64,000 nt of DNA from Selaginella moellendorffii (Eukaryota > Plantae > Lycopodiophyta): assembly GCF_000143415.4 (NCBI RefSeq), contig NW_003314262.1, forward strand, positions 151,710-215,709. The letters run 5' to 3'. Shown in pieces: positions 1 through 13,100 of the stretch. The notes beneath the pieces were generated by a model that saw only the letters and a program-made list of their open reading frames with translations, searched no databases and was not told the DNA's origin. The position numbers and the translations under genes are program-made. How positions within the stretch are numbered: position 1 is the first letter of the stretch; each line of letters begins with the position of its first letter.

Positions 1-55
1 ACACGAATCCTACAAACAAGGAGAGAGTTTTAATCTTGTGACAGTTTCATGTTCA

Positions 56-1369
56 TACCATGGAGAGGATCGAATGAGATTGGCCCGATCAGTCCGGCAG
101 TGGATCTGTCCTAGCTCGCTCGAGTGCTTGTAAGCGCCAGTGATTGTGAGGAAGTGAGCGTAGGCCCAGGTGAGAGCCACAGCGATGACAATTGCAAAGC
201 GCTCGAAGAATGGCATCTTCTTGCTCGCCTTGAGCGTCTTGAGATACTGAAAATGCAAGAAACAATCACACAAACTACTCGAGAGAAAATTACTTCTGCG
301 TTAAATACCTGAGAGAACAGGAGTATGAGAAGAATCTGCGGGATCCCAATTTGGACGCACTTTCCAACCTGTGATCAAAGAAAGATTTTATCTTTTTCGC
401 GCAAAGAAATTTTTTTTTTTATAAGTTACCCCTGGAAAGCCGAGCTGAAACATCCCAATGCCGACCATCAAGATCACGGGACCGATAGTGAGAGGACTCG
501 TGTACCTGGGGACATGGAACAAAACAGAGAATGGATTTTCAAGGCCTAGTGTTCCAAGACAGGAAAAACAAAAACAAACGATCGAGTCTTAAACTATACC
601 TTGAAAAAATACCCCAGAGTCCACTGAAGCCAAGGACTATCTGGAGAATGGAGGCACAGATGAGAGCTCCCTGGATGGCTTTCATCGAGTGAAGAAACCT
701 CTGAGAAGAACGATGGAAAACAAAACAAAATACCACTTTCAGGGTCAGCTTTGGATCGAATCGCAGAAGAAAAAATGGATTTTTTTTGTACCTCGCGATC
801 GTCTGTGATGGCTCGCAGCTTGGGAGAGTTGATGATGCTGAATATGGGGAGGATGTAAGCGTAGGAACCCCCCACAATGGCCGGAAGCCTAGTTCCAAGG
901 AAGGACTGGATGAGCGTGTTGATGCCGCTCGCAAAGAGTAGTGTTTGAATCACTCGAGCCTTGTCCCTCTGAGAGGGAAAGAAGACATAACAAGAAGAGC
1001 AAGCAACCGATTTAGTTCTCTCTATCAGCGATCGAGAAGAAGAAGACTCTCAAACAAAGTTCAAGGTTTTCTAGAAAACAAGAAAACTTACATCGTTTCC
1101 CCCCATAGCGTAAACGAGAGGAGTCGTGACCAAAACCGTTGTTCCGACCATGGTAAGATAGTGCTGGAATCCGACAAGAATGGTCTCGGCTGCTCAAAAA
1201 AAAAAAAAACGAGACCAAGAAAGTCACACATAAGAAACCCACGATCGATCGATCGGAAAAACCGCAAGAACAAACCGAGAGGAGGGCTGTCATTGACACA
1301 GTAGTCAAGCTCGGGGAGCTGCTCTTGAACCAGGTGCTGGTAGTCATTTTTTCCCCCTCCTCCAGACAT
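56..1369 (-). CDS. NAT: Nucleobase-ascorbate transporter (NAT/NCS2, xanthine/uracil permease family), 5' portion with at least 7 exons; continues past the window start
   Basis: ATG at 1369 (MSGGGGKNDYQHLVQEQLPELDYCVNDSPP). Following exons read ETILVGFQHYLTMVGTTVLV, KARVIQTLLFASGINTLIQSFLGTRLPAIVGGSYAY, RFLHSMKAIQGALICASILQIVLGFSGLW, VGKCVQIGIPQ and HCRTDRANLIRSSPW, separated by short GT-AG introns. Confidence 0.93.
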
Positions 1370-2016
1370 TTTGATCTTCTCCGTGATGAAACCACTCAAT
1401 CGCTCGCTCGATCGCTCGATCGCTGCTCGCAGCTTTTTCCTTGCGGCAGAAGAAACAAAAACAAATCTATAGGGAACTCGCGTCTTCTGTCTTACCGTAA
1501 CTAGTGGTACTGTTACATCGTAAGCCGGGTCGGCATTTCGTGGCGGAATGTCGAGACACAACGCGATCGACGGCCTGGATCTTTTGGTGGGGATATTCCG
1601 GGCTAGCGTTAGGGGTTTAAGTAATCATCAGCGAATTCTTTCAACGGTAACTTTCGACGCGAGCCAAAGATCGAGAAAATTAAAAGTAATGCCTCCTTGC
1701 ATGGTTTTTACGGCGGCCAACTTTACCAAGATATGAATATCGGGCTCTGTGATGTCGATGAATCCCACTATTTATTTTGATGCATGTGAGCAGTAAACCA
1801 TGACCACGAGAACATTCCACAACTTCATCTCATGATGTAGATTGATCATGAAATATAACAGTGACAAAATGTTACTTTCATCGACTGTCTGGCATCTGGA
1901 CTTGTGCTCAAGGTTAGATCCTCAATAAGAAGTTTATTTCTTTTTGGATCTACACCTTACTACAGATGAGTTAGGGCTTTTAAACAAAGTAACGTGAAGA
2001 GGGCTGGGGTGTGGCT

Positions 2017-2723
2017 AAGTTACTTCAACTCAATAATTCTTCCCTAGGTTCTAACAATAGAGCCCCTCCAACTCGTACTCCAGAGGAGAAATCCTTGAGT
2101 ACAGTGGATGTTTGGTGGAAATCCAGCACATTCTTCAACAATAGCACGTACAGCAGGTAGAGATTTTAGAAGAGATAAGATACCTTAGGACGCATGTTGT
2201 TGATTGTCCTCCATACCATCGTCTCTTTTGCAATCACTGCAAATTGAGTACACATGACAAATCATGCTGTTGGAAGTTACACCCTGAGCAACGCCTACAG
2301 CCTCAGCAAGTTCTCCAACAACCTTTAGTGGACAACTCCTCGATTGCAGCCAAGTCCAGCTATTGTCAGATTTTACAGGAACGTGCAATTGAAGCTCTGC
2401 CAGCTTTGGACAAAGGAAAGAAAATCGCTGGCATCTATGTGATTCTTCCAGCTGAGGACTTTACCCAGGTTGTCATCACTAGTTGAGCTCGAGAAAAGAA
2501 GGCTGTGCCTACACATGTTGTTTCAGATGATTTCTCTGGTCTGGATTCCCCACCATCACCTCAAGCAAGCTCGATGCCAACGGAAATTCAACTTCCATTC
2601 CCTCAACCACTTCCAGGTCAAGCACCTTTCCCAGGAGCAGCAGTGGAAATGCACTCGAGGAGATTTCCATGCCTTCTAGCAGCAGAATCTCACACTCAAG
2701 TTCCTTAAATATGTCACACACAA
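2017..2723 (+). repeat. Arm A of a ~0.7-kb inverted repeat (partner 9506-10197)
   Basis: Near-identical mirrored ORFs (2505..2708+ vs 9521..9724-; 2244..2486+ vs 9743..10039-); ends match by reverse complement. Confidence 0.92.
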
Positions 2724-5060
2724 GCTCTGTGGTTTACGTTTGGATACTTCTCTCGGGGATTTGCAAGGCCCATCACCTCAGTGGCATTTCATCACTTCAG
2801 TCTTCGCCTCAGAGACAGCCCATGAAGGTCGTCCTAAGTCCCGGCAAAGTCCTGGAGCTTTTCTCATTCCTGTCACTTATCAAGGGCATATGGCAGGGAC
2901 TGCATTGGTAGACTGCGGTTCTGGAAATAACATGATGTCCCTCACGGTCATGCATGCACTGCGATTAGAGCTTACAGAGCACAGCATCCCCATCATGCTT
3001 AAGAAATTTTCCCAACACCTTGTCATCCCCAAGGGCATTTGCAAAGATGTTGAGACCTTGGTCGATTTCTTGGTGGTAAACTACAAGACACCACTTTCTT
3101 TCGATAAAACAAACGATAAAAGCTAAAACATCGGAGGTACAATTAATCCTTGGATGAAGCTGCATCCATGCTCAAACAGATTGACACAAGGGATTGTTCT
3201 CCATTTTGGATGGCATTCATCATGCCACCTTCTCCAATCAGAAAGGCTCCCTCGTGTCATCACCAGTGGTTTCTTCCCTTGCAGCTGCTCACAGCACTCC
3301 ATAGTTAATAGATTCCTTTCTAGTGGTCTTTCCAGAGCTCCTACAAGATGCTTCTCTCCCTGGGATCCATATTCTCCACTGTACTTCCAACAGGACGCTC
3401 CCTCGGAACTTGTTTGTCAAGCTCAACACTCAGTCACTCTTGACAACACCACAAATGCCATTTCCCCAGTGGCGACACAAAGTGGCAACGAGACCCCTAG
3501 CACCAGCTCCACCTACACTAATGATCTTCCTTCAGTTGCTATCGCTTTGGAGGCTGCTCAGCTCGCAATCCCAGTTCCTTTGCCGCCGTCACCTTTCTCA
3601 GTGACACCTCTCATTGCTGACTCCCAAGGCCAGGAGAGCATTGTTAATTCCTCATCTCTTTTTGAGAGCCCTCCAGAACTCTTTACAGCTTACTTCAACG
3701 GTGCATGGTCATCGAGCAGGAATTGGAGTGACAAATAGCAAACTGTGGCTCAGCTCTCCACAACACTTCCAGCAACTTCAGCCAACGAGGCAGAGTATTT
3801 GTCCATGATCTCTGCCATGGAGCTTGCCTCACAACATGGAATCTGCCACGTCCAATGCACAGGAGACTGTCAGCTTGTCATCCGGCAACTTAATGGCGAG
3901 TATCATGTCCACAAAACCAATATTCGTGACCTGCGGCAGTGAGCTATTGATCTCCAATCCCTCTTTGACACTGTCACTTTTCTGAGCATCGCACACACCA
4001 GGAATTTCTGGGCGGATAAACTTTCTCATGAAGCGATCAAGGTGATGGATGAACGAGTTCCTACAACGGCCACGGAGCCACCACTGGATATGTTTGATGC
4101 TGACAACACATCCCTGACCCTAGATGATCGTTGCAAGCAGGCCTTCCTCTCGGACGACTCAGATCCAGTCTTCATGAGTGTTCCACTGCATATGAAAACC
4201 AGCTCTTGGAGCTTCTTTGTTCTTTCAAAGATGCATTTGTGTGGGACTACTCCCACCTCCATGGAGGTCATTTGCCATGAGATCAAGCTCTTTGACAATG
4301 TTGTCCCACTTTGCCAAGGCATACGAAATTTTAACACAGCATTGTTGCCATCAATTAAGGAGGAACTCATGAAACTTTTACATGTGGGAGTCAAGAGATT
4401 GGGTGTCCTGAAGAGATATGCGGAAGCTATGATGGACAAGGACTCGAAGGATAGTCAAATATAATGTCATAGCTATATATACATGATCAAGAGACACACC
4501 TCTAGCTTACACCTGTGAAGTGGCATTACTGCCACCTAAGATCATGTCATAAAGAGTGTATACCTCAACATGTCCAACATGGTTTTGGTGTGGAAAGTTA
4601 ATGGCAAGCTGTGGATTTGCATAGATTTCCAACATTTCATGGCATTTGCCTTTCACGACTTGCTGGGTGATTCATTGTGGGTCTACATGGACCATCTTTG
4701 CATAGCGTCAACCTCTTTTGAGGAGCATTTGCAGCACTTGGAGCTTGCCAGCATCATTGCTTCACTCTTAACCCAGACAAGTGTAAGTTTGCTGTCACCA
4801 AGGGCCACCTCTTAGGCTTTGATATCTTGTAGTCCCTCACATGGCACAACGCAAAGAAATTCTGGAGTTTTCGCCCCTGACTACAGTCAAGCAGCTGCAC
4901 TGTTTTCTTGGGATTCTTTTGACGTTTTATCCAAGGCTACGCCTCAATTTTTTGACCTCTGGTGATGCTATTACGCTTTCGTGTGGGGAGCTCCTCAACA
5001 ACATGCATTCAACAAGCTTCAAGAGGCTCTTCACCATGAGCTTGGCAGGAACGTCATGAG
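2017..5060 (+). mobile_element. Degenerate Ty3/gypsy (Tat-like) LTR-retrotransposon internal region: aspartic protease, RNase HI-like domain, reverse transcriptase remnants
   Basis: Protease motif ALVDCGSGNNMMS (~2900). RNase HI motifs FTAYFNG and SANEAEYLSMISAMELA...GDCQLVIRQLNGEY (3680-3940). RT remnants KVNGKLWICIDF and VYMDHLCIASTSFEEHLQHL (4590-4745). Many stops and frameshifts. Confidence 0.8.
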
Positions 5061-5625
5061 TGACAAGACTGTCCAGGTCAAAGTCCGCGGTGTCTACAAA
5101 GTTCACTGCATGAGAAATGTTATCACATTGAAGTTGACATGAAAAAGGATATGAGCTCCAGAGAGTATATGACAAAAACACTCCAAAGTGTGCTGGTGAT
5201 GGTGATTCATGTTGACACATACAAATGCCGAAAGCCTCCTTGCCAACAATGACAAAGATCTCAAAAGGATTTCCTCGATTTGGGGCACACATCACTGGTG
5301 CAAGGTGAAGTTGCCATGTACTTGGAAGCTGGTTGTGCTCCTGACAATTTCTCCCTGGACTAGCAACGCACGGCGATCAAGGCTCGAGATTACTGCTTGG
5401 TCGGTGGAACTCTCTATCGATAGACATGCAAGATCTATTGAAATCGGGGGGAATTCCTAAGTCATGTTCTTTGGCACCCTAATAGATGGACTGAACAGGG
5501 TTGGCATTTTTTAGTCTACTTTGGCCCAATGCATATAGTAATCATAATTTTCCAAAACAAATAATAGTAGAATAGAGGTTTACCATTTCAAAAAAGATAA
5601 AGAACTAATAATGATACCACGTCTA

Positions 5626-8131
5626 TTATCGTCCATTTGTCAGAGAACCAACAGAAGGATCCAAAGCTATTTCGGAGGATAAATTTGGAGACAATGGTTC
5701 AGGAACTTGTACAGTATCTTCCATCATTTGCACCACTTTCCCCATTGATGGCCTTGCATTTGCATCATGCTGAATGCACCATAATGCAACTTTGAGCAGC
5801 CTCTTGAACTGCACCAAATCCACTTCCTCCCTCACTAGCTTCTTGTCAACGATACTTTCCAGATCTCCTGCTTGATACATGTTGTAAGCCCAGTCCGAGA
5901 GACACCAGCGGTTGTTTTCTGAGTTTATGGCAGATATTGTCATGAGGTACTTCTCCCTGCCGCTTATAATCTCGAGCAACACCATTCCAAAGCTGTAGAC
6001 ATCCGCCTTGGTTGTGATTGGAAGGTCGCTGATCCATTCAGGTGCAAGATATCCCCTGGTCCCACGCACAGTTGTCACACTCAATGCCCTCTCCCGTTTC
6101 ATCAGCTTGGCTAAACCAAAATCCGCTACCTTTGGAATAAAGCTCTCATCAAGCAGGATGTTTTGAGGCTTTATGTCGCAGTGGAGAATGCATTCCTGAC
6201 ATTCGTCATGAAGATATGTTATCCCTCTTGCAATCCCCAAAGCAATGTTGAATCGGCTGGCCCAGCCGCAAAAGTGCTCTGTATCATTCAAAAAAAGTAG
6301 CTTCTCCAGTGAACTATTAGGCATGTACTCATAAACCAGGAGCTTTCGATTGTCCTCGTAGCAATACCCCAGCAAGCGGACGAGGTTGATGTGGTGAATC
6401 TTGCCGAGGGTCTTCACCTCGGCTTGGAACTGTTTATCGGCTTGCATGGCCATTTCCAGCTCCTTGACTGCAACAAGAGTGCCATTTGGAAGCCGCCCCT
6501 TGTAGACTGTCCCAAATCCTCCCGATCCAAGCCTGTCATAAAAGTTGTCTGTGAAATTTTGCAGCTGCTGATACGTGAATATTGCAGGCCCACTGCCAAA
6601 ATCGAGATCCATCATGTTGTTACGTGCTCTAGCGCTTATGATCCAGCAGAGCCCCATAAAACAAGTAACCAAGAGGAAAACCATCAACACAAGTGTTGTG
6701 ATGAAGAGCGCAATGCGAGGACCATCTCTGAAAAATGGCCGATGGAGCACCAGCCACTGGAAACCAGGAACGACGGTGGCATTTGCGTTTGTCACGTATA
6801 CGTTTGCATCCGGACTTTGTCCTGGATCTTTGGCAGAAACTTTCAAGAAGAAAACGTTGTCCACGTCCACAGACTGCTTGCCATTGAACAGACCCGAGGG
6901 ATCTAAGCCCTTGAGCCAGCATATTCCAGCGCCACCCATCTGGAAAGCAGCTCCGAGACACTCGCACTCCCTGAGGCATCTTTGGATACAATCCTCCTGG
7001 GATGACGGATTTGGCAGCGGGTGGCTATTGTAGTCATTGTATTGGAAGTCCGTGCGTACAAGTTGGATCATCTTGAAGTTTCTTGGATCTGTTGAGTTTT
7101 GGCCTGTTGGACACTTGGTCAACGGAGTATTGTAAACACAATCCTGTGACGGATCGGAAGCATTTGTGGGGTGAAATCCCGGAGGACAGATGCAAGTTGC
7201 AGTCGGCCGGTATGTGCAAATCCCAAAGCGCCCGCATTTCCCAAAGATGTCACACTCGAGAAGAACAGCTTGCCAAGTTATGAGCCATCTGTTCTTGATC
7301 TCATCAAGAGTGTAGATTCTCAAGTTGCCATCATCGTCCAGGGTCAGCCTTCGGGTTAGACCAATTTCAGGATAATCAAGCGCATACCTCTGTGCCGTGT
7401 CATATACTTTGTCAGGATTTTTCCAGGAGCTGCCGTTCCCATCAAAGAAAGAAAGCATCCCGCTAGTGCTGAAGTTGAGACGAGGAGGACTGACCGCAGA
7501 ATCGGAATGATTGTCATTCGCGATCTTCCAGTATGGTTCAAGCCAATATCCCTGGGAGTAGAGCGCAACTCTACTCACATCCATTCGAAGGTCATATTTT
7601 CGGTTACTGGAGACAAGCCGGGTGTTTCCAATGAGCTGCTGATAAGGAAGAAGGGTGTCCGTGGGGCGCTCAAATGACTGCCAAACAGGCACTCCGTTGC
7701 TCGTTAGAAGCTGTAAGTTGCCATTCTCCTGAAGCAAAGCTTTTGTAACTGCGAGAGTTGACGTAGAAGTTCCCCAGATAATTCCAGCAGCGTTGGAGGT
7801 GAGAACTAATCGACCATCGGTCTGGAAAACGAGCTGGTCGCCTTTGATAAGCCCGATTGGAAAACCTCCCGTGTCATTGGACATTGCGCTCCAGACGACT
7901 GTGCATTTTGGTGTACCATATCGAGAAACTATAGAGGGGAGATGTGGGATTGAGATGGCCGAATCCTGCAGAAAAGGTAGCGTTGGGAGACGTAATCCAT
8001 GTCTGAGGGTCTTCGCCTCTCACAATTATGGTTGTGCCTGGACTTCCACCATCAGCTGCCACCGAAGTTAAAATGACATAGCACAAGCAACAGAACAGGA
8101 GAATTCTAAAAGCGAGAAACATTAAGAGCAT
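5626..8131 (-). pseudogene. S-domain (G-type lectin) receptor-like kinase, frameshifted copy of 21093-23603
   Basis: Same translation as the 836-aa gene except for a 5-bp deletion (CCCAA) between 7903 and 7904, which splits it into an 85-aa signal-peptide ORF and a 752-aa ORF. Confidence 0.9.
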
Positions 8132-8287
8132 CTGTTATTTTCTAAATGAACTATAAGGTGTAGTATACCAAGTGATGCTTACATCTTTTTTATAGTTGGG
8201 AGTGTCTTGTAGCCACTTGTTGTGTTTTACTTCAGTATCTTTCGTACTATACTGGTCTTCCATGGCCACAACTTTGAATGTTTCTCG

Positions 8288-8333
8288 CTGACTGCATGCT
8301 TGACTCTGACTCTGACGTTGACCTGGACTGACG
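8288..8333. promoter_or_regulatory. W-box/TGAC cluster in the divergent promoter between the SD-RLK and the RLK pseudogene
   Basis: TTGACT, TTGACC and four further TGAC cores (two are TGACG) within 46 bp. Confidence 0.55.
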
Positions 8334-8381
8334 AGTTGGTGCACGAGCCTTTAAATTTCCTCAATACGTGATTCCCAGGTA

Positions 8382-8988
8382 ATGACAAAAGTTGTTCTTG
8401 AGCTACTGCAATAGAGATGGCCTGCATCTCAGCTGGAGGCGCTTTGCTGTCAACATTGACAGGCTCAAAGACTTTCAATCTAGCAATATGGTACCAGAAC
8501 AAACTGTGGCAACGGAGCAAAATAAAAACGGAGAATTTATTCATATCAGTGGGAACGCACAGCTTCAGCTCAGGGGTGAGAACGGACTCATTGTCACTGA
8601 TGATGCAAGTGTGATTGTGTGGCAAACAAATCAAATTGGGGCTGTTGCTCTAAAGGTTCTTTCCTTCTGGAGACTGGCAACTTGGTGGTTCGTTGGGAGG
8701 ACAAGGAGTTTTCATGGCAGAGTTTTCCTGAGGAACAATAACAAGAAGCTTCAAATTCCTCAAAGATACTGGCACATAGCATATCCACTTTGCGAACGTG
8801 CCATAGAGATGAAATTGGGGACCAAGTCAACATACAGTGCCAGATTGACAGGTCTTTACATTTTCCAGCAGTTCTCAACTTGAGTTCTGATGGAGTTTTA
8901 TTGTTTTATGACACAACTGGATCAAGTCTGCCACTGAAAATTCTCACAAATATGCTCTGGATTATGGAATCTCAAATGTTTTGAAGAC
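8382..8988 (+). pseudogene. 5' half of an S-domain RLK pseudogene, paralog of 35796-38237
   Basis: Fragments NLAIWYQ, GNAQLQLR, LETGNLVV, VFLRNNNKKLQIPQRYWHIA, FPAVLNLSSDGVL and ENSHKYALDYGISNVL match the 813-aa RLK; contains frameshifts and an internal deletion. Confidence 0.88.
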
Positions 8989-8989
8989 A

Positions 8990-9410
8990 GCAGGTAGCAG
9001 CGCCCAGACAGCAGCCCACAGGATGTTGCTATGAACTTAGGACTTGGACAAGTGGCAGTTACTGTTAGACAAGTGGGAAGCCGAACTATGGGACTTGGAG
9101 TTCCCTGCTTGGAGTGCTGGAGTTTGGACCATGGAAGATGGATACTGAACAAACCTCTTCTACAAAGGCATTAGGTTAGTTATTAATTCTCTTTCTGTCC
9201 TGGGATTGAAACATAAAGACAAGAACACCATTGAGGACCAACAAGGGATGTAATAGCTCACTCAAGAATTCTATCAGACCATTTATACGGCTTAGCCATG
9301 GACCCCAATCTGGGAAAGCACAGTAGAAGAGGTTATAGTGACTCTCAACCCCACAGGGTCCCCCAATGAGTGGCAAGAGTTTTTGAAGGTAAACTCTTAT
9401 GTTGAAGGTG
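8990..9410 (+). mobile_element. Probable retrotransposon gag-like fragment interrupting the RLK pseudogene
   Basis: RLK similarity ends abruptly at ~8988; zinc-knuckle-like CLECWSLDH near 9106-9132. Confidence 0.35.
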
Positions 9411-9505
9411 ATGTTGTGATTATGAATGAGACAAAGTCAAGTTTCTTTTTATTTTAGACTAAATGTAATTAATTAGTAGGGGATTAACAATAATCCTATA
9501 ATTGT

Positions 9506-10197
9506 TTGTGTGTGACATATTTAAGGAACTTGAGCGTGAGATTCTGCTGCTAGAAGGCATGGAAATCTCCTGGAGTGCATTTCCACTGCTGCTCCTGGGA
9601 AAGGTGCTTGACCTGGAAGTGGTTGAGGGAATGGAAGTTGAATTTCCGTTGGCATCGAGCTTGCTTGAGGTGATGGTGGGGGATCCAGGCCAGAGAAATC
9701 ATCTGAAACAACATGTGTAGGCACAGCCTTCTTTTCTCGAGCTCAAGTAGTGATGACAACCTGGGTAAAGTCCTCAGCTGGAAGAATCACATAGATGCCA
9801 GCGATTTTCTTTCCTTTGTCCAAAGCTGGCAGAGCTTCAATTGCACGTTCCTGTAAAATCTGACAATAGCTGGACTTGGCTGCAATTAAGGAGTTGTCCA
9901 CCAAAGGTTGCTGGAGAACTTGCTGAGGCTGTAGGCGTTGCTCAGGGTGTAACTTCCAACAGCGTGATTTGTTATGTGTACTCAATTTGCAGTCATTGCA
10001 AAAGAGACGATGGTATGGAGGACAATCAACAACATCCATCCTAGGTATCTTAGCTCTTCTAAAATCTCTACCTACTGTGCTTGCTATTGTTGGACAATGT
10101 AATATTGTTGAATTTCCACCAATGTGACATCAAGGATTTCTCCTCAAGTAGCTTTATTGTTAGAACTTAGGGAAGAATTACCTAAGTTGAAGTAACC
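9506..10197 (-). repeat. Arm A' - inverted copy of 2017-2723 (gypsy 5' fragment)
   Basis: Reverse-complement match with scattered substitutions; directly abuts the inner end of the 4.4-kb arm. Confidence 0.92.
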
Positions 10198-10199
10198 TG

Positions 10200-13100
10200 T
10201 CTAAAATCCTTGGTAAAAATAAATATATAGATTAATATTAATATAACAATCCTGCCCCCAACTAAAGTTGTTGTCAGCCATCACTTCTCGGGACTTTAGC
10301 TATGTTTTTTATTCTTCAGTTTAAAACATCTTAGACACTCTTTGAATGAAATTAAAAATATCAAAAGAAAGGTAGGCTATATGACCAATCAATAGTAACT
10401 ACCTCATTATTAAAGATTCCACCATGCACTCAAAGTGCTGAAGCCAGTTTATCTATATTTGCCCAAAGTATAAGATCAATAAATGGACAATATTAAAGTC
10501 ATAGATAAAGATATCTTAGAGATATCGAATTATCAGTGAATAAAGCTTATATAAGAATCCAAAAGTATTCAAAGTAAATTATCATGATAGGAACTATTGA
10601 GATCATGATAGTTTAAAGAGTAAGGATTAACCATCGAACAATATCAACAAAACTCATTGATAAAGCTTAACTACCAAATATTACATATAGCATGCTAAAC
10701 AATTCATGAAAGACAACTCAAAGAATACAAAATATCATCAATTAGCAAGCAAAATGCTCGCGAATGAATATCCAAATTTATTAGATCAACCCTAACAACA
10801 ATTAATAGAATAGAATGAATGTCGCAAGGGTGAACAAACATTTGTTCATGCTAATAATTACACTAATTAATTGAATAGATCCCAGTTAACAATACTAAAT
10901 AACCAAAGTTGCTCAAGAAAGCATCAACAATATTTTATCGATATCTCAAACTTAAGAGACCAATCTAAAGTAAACTACAAAGAATGTGAAAAGCCAAAAG
11001 CCATCAAAAAAACTAACTATTATAAAATATCATTATTCATCCCATCAATAGAAAGATGCATAATCATCATTGAAAAAATAATCCACCATCTCAAAAAATG
11101 CCAAATCATTCACCACTAACAATAACCAAACAAAACTTTAGAAAAAACAATCAAGTATCTTAAGATGATAGTCAATCATCATTAATAATTGCTAAATGCA
11201 AATACTAACTTCAACATCAAAGCTAATGAGTGAAAATACCTTTCATAACAACTCTTAATAAATGGAACAATAAACATAAAATTCAAAAAACCAAAAGCTT
11301 AAAGAAGTCTACAGTTAAGTTTTATTTAATAATGATCACAAGTTTCAGATCAACTAATTTCAATACTAAAGAAAAAATCATGGTATAACCCATAATATCC
11401 TTCTCAAAATATCCATAAGCTAAACTTTATAATGCAAAAACTAATAAAAAGCATGTCTACATTAATCCAAAAGTTAAGTATAATGAAGTTATACTCAATA
11501 AGTGGTCATCAAATGATCCTCCATGAATCCATCTTCTATAATAAAATGTAACTCACTTCATAATAAACACAAGAAAAATCATTAATGATCGATATATCCT
11601 TAATTCAAATCTAACAAGGAACTAACAAATTAAATATCAACCACTAATTCTTCTGCTTATAGCGTTAATATAGTTTATGATTAAATCATTTTTTAAGGAA
11701 AAGCTAAAGCTCAACCCTTACTAAATAATTTCATCTAGAATATAGCTAACTTAATTTGTCACTCAATTCATTTGAACGTCAATATAATTGTTAACTAATG
11801 AATGCCAATAATACAAAGCTATAGCCAAACCATCAACACTATCTGCATCAAGACTAATGAAACTCAATATTAATTCTATAGAGAAACATTTTATTTCACT
11901 CCAATTTCAACTTCAATAATGTTAGTGACAACATATCACTTCAATGTTATCAACACCAAAACAAAGTTAAAAGAAAGTAAAAGTGAATCATCATTTGAAA
12001 CTCTTTAGCAACCAAGGTAAATAAAGTCAAAGATACATTATTTAATATTTGAGACCAATTCTTTTAGTTATAGATAACACTTTATCAAAGAGTAAATCAC
12101 CATGTCCAAAACTCAAAGAAATTTAACACCATAGACTAAACACAACCAAATGATACTAATAGAGGTAAAATTGATATATAAATATGGAAAACCATACAAG
12201 TTTAATAACACAATCCTTTATAAAACCATCAGGTAAAGCAAGCCCATCGCTACTAAATTATCATCAAGCAAAGAAAAATATTATCAATCCATAACAAAGT
12301 CTACAAGTAATCATTAGTTGCAAGACAACTAACAATCACTCTCATCTCATCTTCATAAGATATAAACACTAAATTCATGTCATTAAACCACATACTTGTC
12401 CAATATAAAGTAACCCTCTAATACAAGTACAAACAAAATGATGATTCAAATCCAATCAAATAGCAATTATCTCACTAATATGTCTAGCCAACAACTTTAA
12501 GTATATCTAAAGAAGCTAGCTACACATAATTAACACTCAACCAAAACTAAAGTGAAAACTATGAGATGGACTTATATGGTACATAATATTTTAATAGACA
12601 AACCTATAGTATAGGTACTAACATTTCAACCACAAACAATAAAGTTGGACATTATTATCCTTAGTTAAAGAGCAGAGTCACCAAGATTAAATCAAGATTA
12701 ATGAAAGCTCACTACTCTTATAGAGTTCAACAAAATGCAAAGTATAACTTGCCACCAAGTATAATGTTACAAAAAAAAGCACAAGAGTCAACTTTCTACA
12801 CCAACTCATTTGTCTAAACCCTAAAAGTTATTTTCCCTTTTGGACCACATATAAATTACCTACTCAAGTTTAAGCTAAGGAACGTCAACTTTAACCAATT
12901 TGCAATGGTTCACAAAAATGAAATGGTTTTTGGGTAAAATGATCAATAAATCAATCATTGAAAAAATCTAAGAAAATTTATGAAAAAAAATTTCATCCTA
13001 GAAAAAGAATAACATTTAGTCTAGGAATGTAAATTCTCAAGACTCCACCAACTTCCTCCTACCTACAACTTATAAAAAAGGTTATAATATTTATTTGCTA

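Larger units (their letters stand above)
5141..9505. repeat. Left arm of a ~4.4-kb inverted segmental duplication (partner 19713-24099)
   Basis: The ORFs of 5626-9376 recur with essentially identical translations on the opposite strand in 19809-23603; coordinates sum to about 29218-29240. Confidence 0.97.
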
